Assembly: GCA_030704615.1 (NCBI GenBank)
Contig: CM060734.1
Span: 55,924,001-55,988,000, forward strand
Direction of reading: 5' to 3'
Source: Takakia lepidozioides
Lineage: Eukaryota; Plantae; Bryophyta
DNA: 64,000 bases
Both the position numbers and the translations under genes were made by a program. Shown piece by piece: positions 13,920 through 25,533 of this stretch. Every line of letters begins with the position of its first letter. Within the stretch, counting starts at the first letter, position 1. The notes beneath the pieces were generated by a model that worked only from the letters and a program-made list of their open reading frames with translations, did no database searches and was not told the origin of the DNA.

Positions 13920-14393
13920 CTATGCCATGAAGTGAAAATCTAGCTGTGCTGTTTCCCTACAGGCCGAGGAGGCATCATAGCAATGACTCACAACGGTGTT
14001 GGTCTTGGGATTACCGAGTTGGATGGACACTGGACCCCATTTCAGCACACAGCCTAGTCCTTTAATAATGAGGTCTTGGGAAGGTTCAGCAAGGAGGGTT
14101 ACTATGGCCTCTGCTAGTGCACACCGGAGGTTGTGCAAGCAGGCTGAAAAATTCATGTACTTGAGCAAGAGTCTGATCCCTCTGAATGGCAAAGTACCAG
14201 GCAAGTGCTGTCTTTCATAAAAGTCTGCACCCAGCACATCAAGCATAAATTGCAACCTCACGAGCATGTGCAAGTTGTTTGTTCGGCTGCATGATGTCCT
14301 TAGAGTGGCCCTAAGGAGGGGGAAGGGAGCAGCCAAGAGCAGACAGAGGAACACCAGCACCACCACCACATACGCCAGGTTGATCCTCCCCAT
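13920..14393 (-). CDS. Hypothetical 157-aa protein with N-terminal hydrophobic signal-peptide-like stretch
   Basis: ATG-initiated ORF with YVVVVLVFLCLLLAA followed by a Cys-containing body. No family recognised; could be spurious. Confidence 0.25.
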   Translation of the reverse strand: MGRINLAYVVVVLVFLCLLLAAPFPLLRATLRTSCSRTNNLHMLVRLQFMLDVLGADFYERQHLPGTLPFRGIRLLLKYMNFSACLHNLRCALAEAIVTLLAEPSQDLIIKGLGCVLKWGPVSIQLGNPKTNTVVSHCYDASSACRETAQLDFHFMA

Positions 14394-16235
14394 CCGATGC
14401 TTGAAGCCGCCCCATCTACTCTATGAAAGTCCACTACACTTCACCCAATCTGCTACATTTGATCCCTCTCTGCTCTGCTGGTTTGAAATCCGCACCCACA
14501 AATTCAACACAAGCCTTGTACAAGACTGTTGTAGCGGATCTTCAGTTTCAGGGTTCAGGAAAATTTTGATGAATAAATGGATATGTTCATTTATTGGCAT
14601 CTTCTTCAGTGCGAATAAATCCAGTCACAGAAGTAATAGTAGTCAATAGTATTATTATCAATTAACAATTAATCAGAGTCACTTTGCACACGCCTGGATG
14701 TTTACAATACCTATTCCTAGTGTTATTCGCCTGCCACTCACTTATGTGGGTCAACCTTGGTGCTGCTCTGTGTTAGATCCTTAGTTGGATCAAACACATA
14801 CTCAAGATTTCCCAATGGCAACTTGAATTCATCGTCAGAGGCTGGTCCCAGAGGCTCATCACCCTGCACATAAGATGCACATGCAAATGAAGGATTTTAC
14901 AAAGTACTTGTCTACATTCATATTCAAAATTTGGAGACATAGAGTTTATGAATTGAATTAAAGTTGTCCTGGCAGAGACATAGGAGGAGCGATAATGTAC
15001 GCTTGACCTAGCATAGAGAGGTGATGTACTCATGAGACTTTGCTCCATTGCCTTGTGGCACACCCCATAGTACATTCTGGTTTTGACAGTCTGACCGTGT
15101 CATAGTGTTTGCAGCAAATGACTAAACTCAGGGGTCCAATATAATGGCTGGAGTTGGCATTGTTACTGCCAGCACGACCACTGCAGCCCTCAACATGTAT
15201 TCACTTGTGGCTCTCAGGTGTGGGTCCCCCTTTTCACAGCTGGGTTAACTTATCGTCCAGACGTAGGTGACATACTCTTCTGCCCAGTGCGTAGTAGAGA
15301 GGGCCCTCCCTCGGTGCAACTTGTCCATCAAAGCCTATGAAGCAGCTCAGAAAGACTTGTGCTGGAATTCAGCCTTCACTTTGACACACACTTGCTCTCT
15401 GGACATCAATTTTGACCTGACTCTCCTCCACTTGAGCTCTCTAATTTTTCTGCTCTTGTAGAACCCCATGGCTGGCACTTTTGACAACTATTCTTGCTTC
15501 TAGGGTACAGGACCAACAATCTTTACCTTGTTTTTAACATTTGACCCAACCAGCACACTATCTCACCTTACCTTTATCGCTTTTGAAAATCACAGTGCAG
15601 GGCACTCTGGACTCCAATCTCACAAGCAGTACACTGGCAGAAGATGCCGTATGTTAAGGACTCTGAACTGTATGGATGATCCCATACTTGGGAGGGAACT
15701 CCCTTTACAGCAGAACCATAAGTCTCAGGCAGGTCTATGAACCTAAGAAACAGAGATTTTACAAGATATCAATACCTGACCCCACATTTTGTTGTACTTC
15801 ACCACTGTCAAATCGCCATCCACCCGCACCTACACCCACCCACCCAACAGAATCAATTGCTCCGACTTCTTTAAAATACGTATGGACAAGTCAATGCTTT
15901 CCCATTCGACAGACGGCATAGCTGTACCAGCCAACGAACCTCCTCCTCCTCCTCCTCCTCCTCCTGGTAGAGTGACAATCTGAGTATGGAACTGCCAGAG
16001 GTCTCTCACAACGAAGTCTCATTTGCAAGACTCTTGCTTATCTAAAACATGAGTCTGAAGAAAACGCCAGTAACAGACAGTATGCAGCAGCCCATCGGTA
16101 TTCAGCTGATAATACCCAAACTGCGAGACACACTACAAATCAATTCTCAACAAATGATCAGTGGAGGCCAGATGTGGAGATTCTAGCATCCATGGGTATG
16201 ACATTCACCCCACCTGATATCAAGAGATGTGGAAT

Positions 16236-17255
16236 TTACAAACAATTTGGGATGCATAGAACAAGTTCGAACATGGACAGATCAGAAAGTGTTGTCACAA
16301 TCACCTGGCAGGCAAGGCGGAGGCGCTCATTTCCAGGTGCTTTATGAGGGGGAAAATTCAATCGCACTTTTTCTAGAGGCCCCCATTGATCAGGCACCAC
16401 CTTGCCTATTACCTGCACTGCACATGTTCCACAAGTCCCCAACCCTCTACATCCAGCCCATCAAGACTCATGTCATAAATCTCTCTCCTTTCACTACAGT
16501 GTCACTGCCACAGACAACTGCCTGAAATAAATGGCTGCACGAGCAGTATCATTCCTCAAATAACACTCCTTGACTCTGTCTCGTCATCCTCTGTTGGTTG
16601 TTCCGTGAAAATTTGAGATCCCGGTGGATAAAATTTCAAAACCCTGAAAGACGCAGTTCAATTCTTTTGGAACAAAATGCCCTGTACGGTAATGCGACGG
16701 TTAATGGTGAAACCTCGGTCTCCTGCCTGGTTACAGTATGGTGCAGACCCACCCACCAGTATTAAAACACCTTCCAAAATGTGACCTAAGTGAGTGTTTG
16801 CAGTCTGATTATACCTCTTTCCTGTGTGCTTGAGATAAACCAGAAAAGCCATTGAACCATATGATCTACAACCTACTTTCGCGACATTACGGAAATCTCC
16901 ACGGAGACTTGATTGCAATCCACAAAGGTAGTCAGCTCTATTACCTGCAGTTAGCATACATAGCACGACCATTGTGAGGGGAAGTCCCATTCCTCAAGAG
17001 AGCAGAACGCAAAATGGTGCCTTTCACCACCGAAATCACTTTCCCTCGGTACTCCAACTGCACCATCTCCTTCCCCTTCTCACCTTCTTGGCTTGAATCT
17101 ACCCCCGGTGCATCACTCCTGGAAGACGAGCTGTAATTGCATTCGGTTTTAAAATGAACAGACGAAAGAGACATGGACATCGCTCCCCCTACATCCCTAG
17201 ACAAGAAATTCGCCCACATGCAATGTCGGTTGCCCAGATTCCTCAACATCCTCAT
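16236..17255 (-). CDS. 2Fe-2S ferredoxin-like protein with organellar transit peptide
   Basis: Exon 17255-16945 splices (phase 2, GT-AG) to an exon starting at 16446, giving NCRGLGTCGTC (CxGxGxCxxC) ... RLNFPPH ... RLRLACQ. The 3' end is uncertain: read-through stop at 16236, or a donor after LACQ. Confidence 0.85.
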
Positions 17256-18199
17256 CGAATACTAGAAACCCACTGAGCTCTGGCTATGGCGACAGTCACT
17301 AAGGAGAGTGATCAGGCACGCCTAGCAAGACGGAAACGAGAACAGGTGATGAGTGACGATGACAGATGATAACTTCCTAGAATAGGGTGCCATAGTGCCA
17401 CGTCATCGTCGCCACGTTTCGTAGCCATCTGTCGTTGCCACGTTTCGTACGTCGTCAATTTCTTTCTATCCGCCCGGATTGCCCGAAAAATCCGAAAATA
17501 ACTTCTTGAACGGTACTTCGTCGAGACTGACCCTCTTCCTCCCTGCTTCTGTTTGATGTTCAAAGGAGAGAGAGAGAGAGAGCGCAATGGCTACATAGAT
17601 TGATAAGGCCTGGCATTTAGAACAGGTTTAGATAGGTTTGGCAAGCGGGGTGGCTTCAGGATTATTGCTGGCTGGTGTTGGAGTCCAATGTGGGCTATTG
17701 GCTCTTGTTAGTACCATGATTTGGTATTCTTCCTGATGTTTACAAGGTTCTTGCGAGAGTCAGCTTGGTCTTGTCAAGCCGTGTTTCAATCTCTGCCTCA
17801 TGTTGGTACCATGATTTGTATTCTTCCTGATGTTTACAAGGTGCTTGCGAAAGTCAGTTTGGTCTTGTCAGGCCGTGTTTTAATCTCTGTCTGCTTAGCT
17901 GCACCGTGGTGGTTCTCACAGACCGATCCGACATTACCTGACTACGGACACAAGCAGCACACACAAGAGGCCATTCTGGGTTGATGGTCTCCATGAGTCA
18001 TGACACAACGTCAATGACAATGTAGGTAGGGCACCTTCTTCTTCGACCTATTTCAGCCTGTTTTGCGCTCTCATCAGACTCGGCACTGAATTTGCATATT
18101 GAATATGGTGTCTGCATCCAAGTTGTAGCATTTCATTTGTCATATGTTGCAGTAGATCTGTGGTGGTTTGGAATGAATTTGACAAGTTAGTGCCGATGT

Positions 18200-18302
18200 G
18201 GCAGCAGGAGAGTATCCAAAAACAGATAAGAGAGACGAGGAGAAGCTTTGGAATGAACACTTCTCCGATGCCAGTCAATTGTGGAACAATGGAGACAAAA
18301 AA
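18200..18302 (+). pseudogene. PDF-motif first-half exon, copy 1 (OSB-type)
   Basis: YPKTDKRDEEKLWNEHFSDASQLWNNGDKK, followed by a gtgaat donor and an intron homologous to 25341-25533. Confidence 0.65.
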
Positions 18303-18579
18303 GTGAATGCCCGTTGGAAGCAGATGCAAGTCAACATAGGAACTAGTCTGCTAAGTATGGTTGGGGTGTTTGTTGGAAGAATTTTAGGCTGTCATTGTAT
18401 GTTGCTAGCAGCAAGGCAAGGATATATGCATGATTTGTGCAGAGGCATGGATAGTTGAAGGAGCAGGGATGGAGTGTAGGTTCCCTCTTATCAAAACCGG
18501 CCCTAAATTTTCATGTTGAATTCTGCAAGTTAGCTGGTTGAGTGAACCTTTGATAGTTGGAGTGACTTTGACATGATAC

Positions 18580-18678
18580 TGCCAAAGTATCCAGAAACAG
18601 GTAAGAGAGACGAAGAGAAGCTGTGGAAAGAATACTTTTCTGACCTCAGTCAATGGTGGGACAATCGAGGCAAAAATG
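18580..18678 (+). pseudogene. PDF-motif first-half exon, copy 2 (OSB-type)
   Basis: YPETGKRDEEKLWKEYFSDLSQWWDNRGK matches the WxxFFxxPxxWWDNR half of the OSB PDF motif. Followed by a truncated copy of the same intron. Confidence 0.75.
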
Positions 18679-18901
18679 TGGATGCATGTTGGATTACAAA
18701 GAGTAGCAGACGCAATGAGCATAGGAACGCTGAGTTGGTGTTTCCTAGAACAAATCTAGGCTGTCATTGTCACTGTCACATAGAGAATGAACTGAGCTAT
18801 ATCTCCGTTTAACCTCGATAAATTCGTGGAAGTCCCTTGATGAGGTCCCAGGTGCTCAGTTGAGTTCATTTTGCAGCTTATCCTCGGATACATAGCAGAA
18901 C

Positions 18902-19502
18902 TGTCAAGGACGAGAACATGACTGAATACAAACAAGAGATCAGACTAGAGGTACAAGACTAGATAAGAAGTCAAGGTCAGCGTGACCGAATGCATGGTGG
19001 GTAAACATGAATCAAGATGATCTTTATAACAATGGACAAGAGTACAAGATACTGGAACTCAACTCGAATACTGGAATGTTGGGAACTGGACTGGGGTACC
19101 AGATACTGGAAACTAGACTGGAGTACTGGAAGCTGGACTGAAGTACTGGGACTGGGAACAAGAGTAACTTGAACTTGTGTTGGCGAGACTGAAGAGTGTC
19201 CAGTCTCGCCTCCTATATATACTGGCTACTAAGAAGCTTCTCCTTCTTGCTGGAGAAGTTTCCAAGATTAAACAAATGTTTCTTGATGGAGAAGCTTCCT
19301 TAAACAAATGACGTAACTTGATGGAGAAGTTTCCTCCAAATCAAGCTTCTTGAGCAGTTTCCCAAGTTACTCTTGGTAATTTGGTAAACTCCCCGTAACT
19401 TGGTAAGTAATGATAAATCATGATAGATCATGGTAACTTCCGGTAACTTGGTAACTTCTGATATTTACTCCTGGTAAAATCCTTTGGGCTATGTCTGTGA
19501 CA
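18902..19502 (-). repeat. 3' LTR
   Basis: tgtcaaggacgag...gggctatgtctgtgaca; highly similar to 24497-25099, with an indel in the internal actgg repeats. Confidence 0.95.
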
Positions 19503-22500
19503 TAGCCCAGAGCATTCTGATTCTCGAAGCTGCCTTCAAACATGATTTCGTTGCCCTCTGCGTCCAAAACCTCAACCTCCAACAAAATTATCAGACTTCG
19601 AGTAGGCTCCACTTGCCGTCGTACGGGGTCCAGATGAGGAAGTACGCGTCGCATTGGTGGCCCATCGTCTCGAAAGCGTCGGCGTGATGTTGAACGTCGT
19701 GAGAGTCGGAACGGCTGATCTGGTAGCTGGGTAAGTGACAACTCTAATGTATCTGGTTCCTGTGACTCCATACTGCCAATACAAGATACAAGAGTGCTGG
19801 AAGTGTAGCTATATATACTGATGTGTGGTGCTCCTCCCTCCTTAGCGTATATCAGGTACATTGAATGTGAAATCTTCACCCTGAAGCTAACTTGGCTGAC
19901 ATCATCATTGTGATGTCTTATTGACGTGTAGCTCGGGGCTTAGCTGGATATCGTTGATGAAACTCTTGGACTTTGTTAGATGCATTGGCGAGGTTGGATG
20001 AAGGTTCTCACGTTCGTTCACTGATGTCGTAGCCTTTCCAATGTACGAAATATTCAAAACGTTTATACTTGATGCGAGAGTCTAAAACTTCGTCGACTTC
20101 ATACTCGATTTCCTGATTGATTTCGATTGGTAGATGTGGTACGGAAACTCTCCCTGGAATATGCGATGGATGATACAACTCCAATAATAAAACATGAAAG
20201 ATTGGATAGATGCGCATACTTCGTGGGAGTTCAAGCCGAAAACTGACCGGATTTATTTGTCGAATAATTTTGAATGGTCTCAGGCGTTGATAATCCAACT
20301 TCCTTGATGGTCGCGAGGTTTGTATGTCCCGTCAAAGAAGCCAACACGATCTCCGATCTTGAACTGGGGTTAGAGTTGACGATGTTGATCTGCATACTCC
20401 TTGTATTATTTTTGAGCTTCTACGAGGTGGAATGTAAGCTCATTGTGAATCGTAGCAAGATGAGTAGCAAGGTTTTCTGCAGCAGGGCTTCCAACAGTTT
20501 TCATGTGGAAAGGATTTGCTCGAGGATGATGACCATAATTGGAAAAAAATGGAGTTTGTTTGGTCGAAGAATGTGTAGTGTTGTTGTAGGCAAACTCAGC
20601 CAATGACAGAAGGTCCATCCAATTATCTTGGTGATAATTTATCGTACATCGAAGATACTGCTCCAAAATCTGGTTTACGCGTTCAGTTTGACCATCAGTC
20701 TGTGGATGATTAGCTGTAGAGAGATTGATCTTAGTATCTAATATGTGAAATAATCCCCTCCAGAATTTTGATATGAACTGTGGTCCTCGATCAGATACGA
20801 TGTCCTTCGGGAGTCCATGAATGCGGTAGATATTTTTAAGGAAGAGTCTTGCAGTTTCCTCGCCGGTAACCGTCTTATTACATGGAATGAAATGTGTCAT
20901 CTTTGTAAAACGATCTACAATAACAAGGATTGAATCGGTGGTCTTGGAAATTGGAAGGTCCGTAATAAAGTCCATAGACACGGACGACCATGGACCATTG
21001 GGAATGGGTAATGGTTGAAGAAGGCCGTAAGATCGATGTCGTGGTCCTTTCGTTCTACCACACGTGTCGCAAGATTTTATAAATTCTTTCACGAGTTTCC
21101 ACATCTGCGGTTACCAATAGTCCCTAGATATCAATTTCATTGTTTTGTTGAAGCCGAAATGTCCTGCAGTCGGAAGATCATGACATGTTTGAAGAATTTG
21201 AAGTCGTATAGGTCCTAGAGGTACATAGAGAAGTCCCTTGAAATAAAGTAAGTCATCTTTGAATTCGAAGTCGTTTGTAACATGTGGGTTGTCTCGAGGT
21301 CGATTTAGTTAACTTCATAGTGTCGTGGCAAATTGGTCGCTCTTCAGTGCTTCCTGGATCTCCTTTATGATCTCTGCATCGTCATAAGTGGACATGGATA
21401 GCATATTCAATTGGAGATTTGTTGGTTTCAAGATGATGGATTTCTGCTAGTCAAAAGCTGCATCCCCTTCTTTTGGCTCAAGATACGATCGTCGAGAAAG
21501 AGCATCTGGTTTTTCTTGAAGATATCCGGGTAATAACAAAATCAAACCTTGCTAGTGACATATTCCATCTCGCTTGACGTTGATTCAAAACACGATCACT
21601 CATAAAATACTCGAGGTTTTTATGATCGGTATAGACAGTGACCTGATGTTCAGCTCCCTCCAATAGATGACACACTCCTCAAAAGCATCGATAATCGCTA
21701 GAAATTTTTTGTCATGGATTTCATAATTGATCTCCGCAGCGGAAAATTTGCGAGAACGAAAACCAACAGGGTGGAGTCGGCCATGTGTACCGTATTGAGA
21801 GAGTACCGCGTCAAGTGCAAAGTCCGATGCATCTGCTTCCAAAAAGAATGGCTTAGATGGGTCTGCATGTACTAGTATTGGAGCCGTTGTAAATGCCTGC
21901 TTCAACCTTTCAAATGTTTGGTCAGCCTTCTCGTCCCATACAAATTTGTCCTTTCATGTGAGTCGTGTCAATGGTGCAGCAATTTTGGAGTAATCCTTGA
22001 TGAAGATTCTATAGAAATTTGCAAATCCCACAAAACATTGTACATCTCAGACCGAAGTTGATTTAATCCACTTGATGACGGTTTGTATTTTTTTCTGATC
22101 CATAAAGACGCTTTTGTCGGAAATAATGTAGCCCAGAAATTCGACCTCAGATTGATGGAAAAGACATTTTTCCAACTTGGCATATAATCCTCTTTCTCTT
22201 AATTTATCAAGGACAAGGCGTACATGGCGGCCATGTTCTTCTTCATTCTGTGAAAATATCAAAATGTCGTCCAAATAGATAACTACAAAGTCATCTAAGA
22301 ATTCTTGAAAGATGTCATTCATCATATGTTGGAAAATTGCTGGAGCATTTGTAAGACCGAAAGGCATAACACTGTACTCAAAATGTCCATACCTTGTTCG
22401 AAAAGCTGTTTTCCATTCGTCTCCTTCTTTTATCCGTACAAGGTTATAAGCTCATGTCAAGTCAATTTTAGTGAAAATCTTCGCTCGTTCCAGTTGGTCG

Positions 22501-24496
22501 AGAAGCTCAGAAATCAGCGGCAACGAATAACGATTCTTAATTGTGACTTTGTTGAGACCGCGATAGTCCACACACATGCGTAATGATCCGTCCTTTTTTT
22601 TCACAAACAAGATAGGCACCCCCGCAGGTGATTTTGAATGTCGGATGAAATTCTTCGACAAATTTTCATCAATGTACTCACGTAATGCAGCCAACTCCGT
22701 CTGGGATAAGTTATAGATTGGATCGAATGGTGGTTGGGCTCCTTCTTATAACTCAATTGCATAGTCATAAGGTCGATGTTCTGACAATATGTCTACATTT
22801 TTCTTCTCGAAGACATCCTTGAAATCTTGATATTGAGTGGATAATGTCGAAGTACCTTTGTCTGTTGTAGTCTTGATCGGAGTCGCATAAACTGCAAATG
22901 CCGCATCCTTTTTTGTAGCTCTCATGAAAGCTCTAGCTCCAAGGAACATGGGTTGAATATCTTTGATATTTCTACATTTTTGTCTTGCAGAAATTTTTCG
23001 CGATCGCCAGTCGATGTCAGGATTGTGAAGTACGAACCAGGGAAGTCCAAGGACCACAAGATTCGTTGGAGATTGGATAACATTGAAAATAATATGTGAT
23101 GCTTGATCTTCAAGCTTCACTTCAAGTGGTCGAGTTTCATGGTCAACATTTCCTGATGTTAACGGTCGTCCATCGATGACTTCAACGAGGGCCGAGAGTT
23201 TCTTCTTTACGAGCGTTAAATTGTGTTGATTCGCAAAGTTTTTGTCAATAAAACATGGTGAAGCCCCTGAGTCCAAAAGTGCTTCTACAGAGATATCTCG
23301 ATTTTGCACTCTGATTTTTACTGGAACTGTGAAGCAAGGTACAGGGTCTGGAGGTAGAAAGAGACCTTTTTTTGGTGAAGAATTTGTGGTGTCCAGCCGC
23401 ATGGTCCCTACTGTGACTGGACATCTTCGTTTTCCGACCTCCTCGTATCGAACACTTGAGTTGCGCCCCGAGCTTTGAATCTTTTCTTGTTGGGGCAGTT
23501 TAATGTTATGTGATCTTCTTATCCGCAATAGAGGCATAATCAATTTGAGCGTCGTCTTTGCTTTTCTTGTGGCGTCAATGGCTTGAATCAGACAACATCA
23601 ATCTGCATAGGATCACTACCGAATGTCTGATGGATTGTTGTATTTGGTGCCGTAGTAGCAGCGGCATGATGCGTCGTCGACCATCCAGATCGCTTCTCTT
23701 GACGTCTTTTGAACAAACGATTATCGCATGCAATGACTTGGGTAATGAATTCGCTCAGTGTGCTCACGTTTGGCATTGTCAGCAACAAATCTTTTACATG
23801 CTCCTTTAGCCCACATCGAGACTGACTGATGAGGCTCTTCTCATTCCAGTCGAGGTCGCACGCAAGTTGTCAAAATTCGGCAGCATAAACGGAAGCAGTA
23901 CGTGCTCCTTGTCGAAGATTTCACATCTTTGTCTCTGCAACTCTCTCCCTATCATTTTCTCCAAACGTTGCAGTGAACTCGGACTTGAATGCTTCAAAAT
24001 TGTATAGTAAATGCGAATTTTTTCTAATAGCAGAGCAAACCAAGATAGAGCAGTGTCTGATAGAAAGGTGCCCACGAATCCCACTTGAATACCTTCATCG
24101 GGGTAGCGTTGTGGATGTAGACGTAGGAACAGTCGTATTTGTTGAACAAAACCGCGAAATCTTGATATTGTCCCATCAAATTTCACGGGCATGCTGATCT
24201 TTGGTTCTCTCATAATCTGTTGAAGAGGAACCGTTGCAGTAGGAGCTGTTGCAGTAGAGACTCGTATGGTTGAAAATCCATTGTTCGACTCCTTTAATTC
24301 TGAAATTTGTTGTTGCAAATTGTGTAGAACGTTGCCAAGATCTTGAGACTGATCAGCTTGTAATCTTGAGACTGATCAGCGGTAGAGGTACAAAGTTCTT
24401 GCATCTGGAGCTGAAGACTCTGCAATGTGGCGTCCATTTCCACAAATGTGTCTTCCATCTTAACTAACTAAGGAACAAACTTTAATCTCGTCAAAC

Positions 24497-25099
24497 TGTC
24501 AAGGACGAGAATATGACTGAATACAAACAAGAGATCAGACTAGAGGTACAAGACTAGATAAGAAGTCAAGGTCGGCATGGCCGAATGCATGGTGGGTAAA
24601 CATGAATCAAGATGATCTTTATAACAATGGACAAGAGTACAAGATACTAGAACTCGACTCGAATACTGGAATGCTGGGAACTGGACTGGGGTACCAGATA
24701 CTAGAAACTGGACTAGAGTACTGGGACTGGGAACAAGAGTAGCTTGAACTTGTGTTGGCGAGACTGAAGAGTGTCCAGTCTCGCCTCCTATATATATTGG
24801 CTACTAAGAAGCTTCCCTAAGAAGCTTCCCCTATGGAGGTTTCTTACTGAAGAAGTTTCCAAGATTAAACAAATGTTTCTTGATGGAGAATCTTCCTTAA
24901 ACAAAGGAGGTATCTTGATGGAGAAGCTTCCTCCAAAGGAAGCTTCTTGAGCAGTTTCCCAAGTTACTCTTGGTAATTTGATAAACTCCCCGTAACTTGA
25001 TAAGTAATGGTAAATCATGGTAAGTCATGGTAACTTTCGGTAACTTGGTAACTTCTGGTATTTACTCCTGGTAAGTTTCTCTGGGCTATGTCCGTGACA
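24497..25099 (-). repeat. 5' LTR (TATA box on minus strand at ~24787-24795)
   Basis: tgtcaaggacgag...gggctatgtccgtgaca; adjacent to the gag start. Confidence 0.95.
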
Positions 25100-25533
25100 A
25101 GAACAAGACTAGTGACATGATATACGCAACCAACTGAATCGTCTTTGTAAACTTGATTCAAGAAACCAGTAGACGAAACCGCTACCTGCAATCAGCTTGC
25201 TCCACGGGCTGGTGGCTGGAACACCAAAAGAAAGGATTAGAAGGTTGCACTTCCTCCATGTCCAATAAACCCTCCGCCAGGTACGACATCCACTTGACCT
25301 TGTGTTCGATGGCGAGGACTTATGTCTCTCACCGGAGAAAGGTGAATATTTGTTGGATTACAGAGAGTAACAGACGCAATGAGCATAGGAACTAGTGTGA
25401 TAAGCTGAGTTTGGTGTTTCCTAGAACAAATCTAGGCTGTCATTGTCAGCTATTAGCAGCAAGGCAAGGATGAATGCATGATTTGTGCAGAGGCATGGAT
25501 AGCTGAAGGAGCAGGGGTAGAGTGTGTGTACAG

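Larger units (their letters stand above)
18902..25099 (-). mobile_element. Full-length chromoviral Ty3/Gypsy LTR retrotransposon (Tcn1-like), coding region disrupted
   Basis: LTRs TG...CA at 18902-19502 and 24497-25099; 5-bp TSD AGAAC (18897-18901, 25100-25104). Gag (~24400-23500), protease LLDSGA, RT YLDD, RNase H DASD, integrase (SMDFITDLP, HPQTDGQTER), chromodomain EYEVDEVLD...HWKGY. Multiple frameshifts and stops. Confidence 0.97.
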
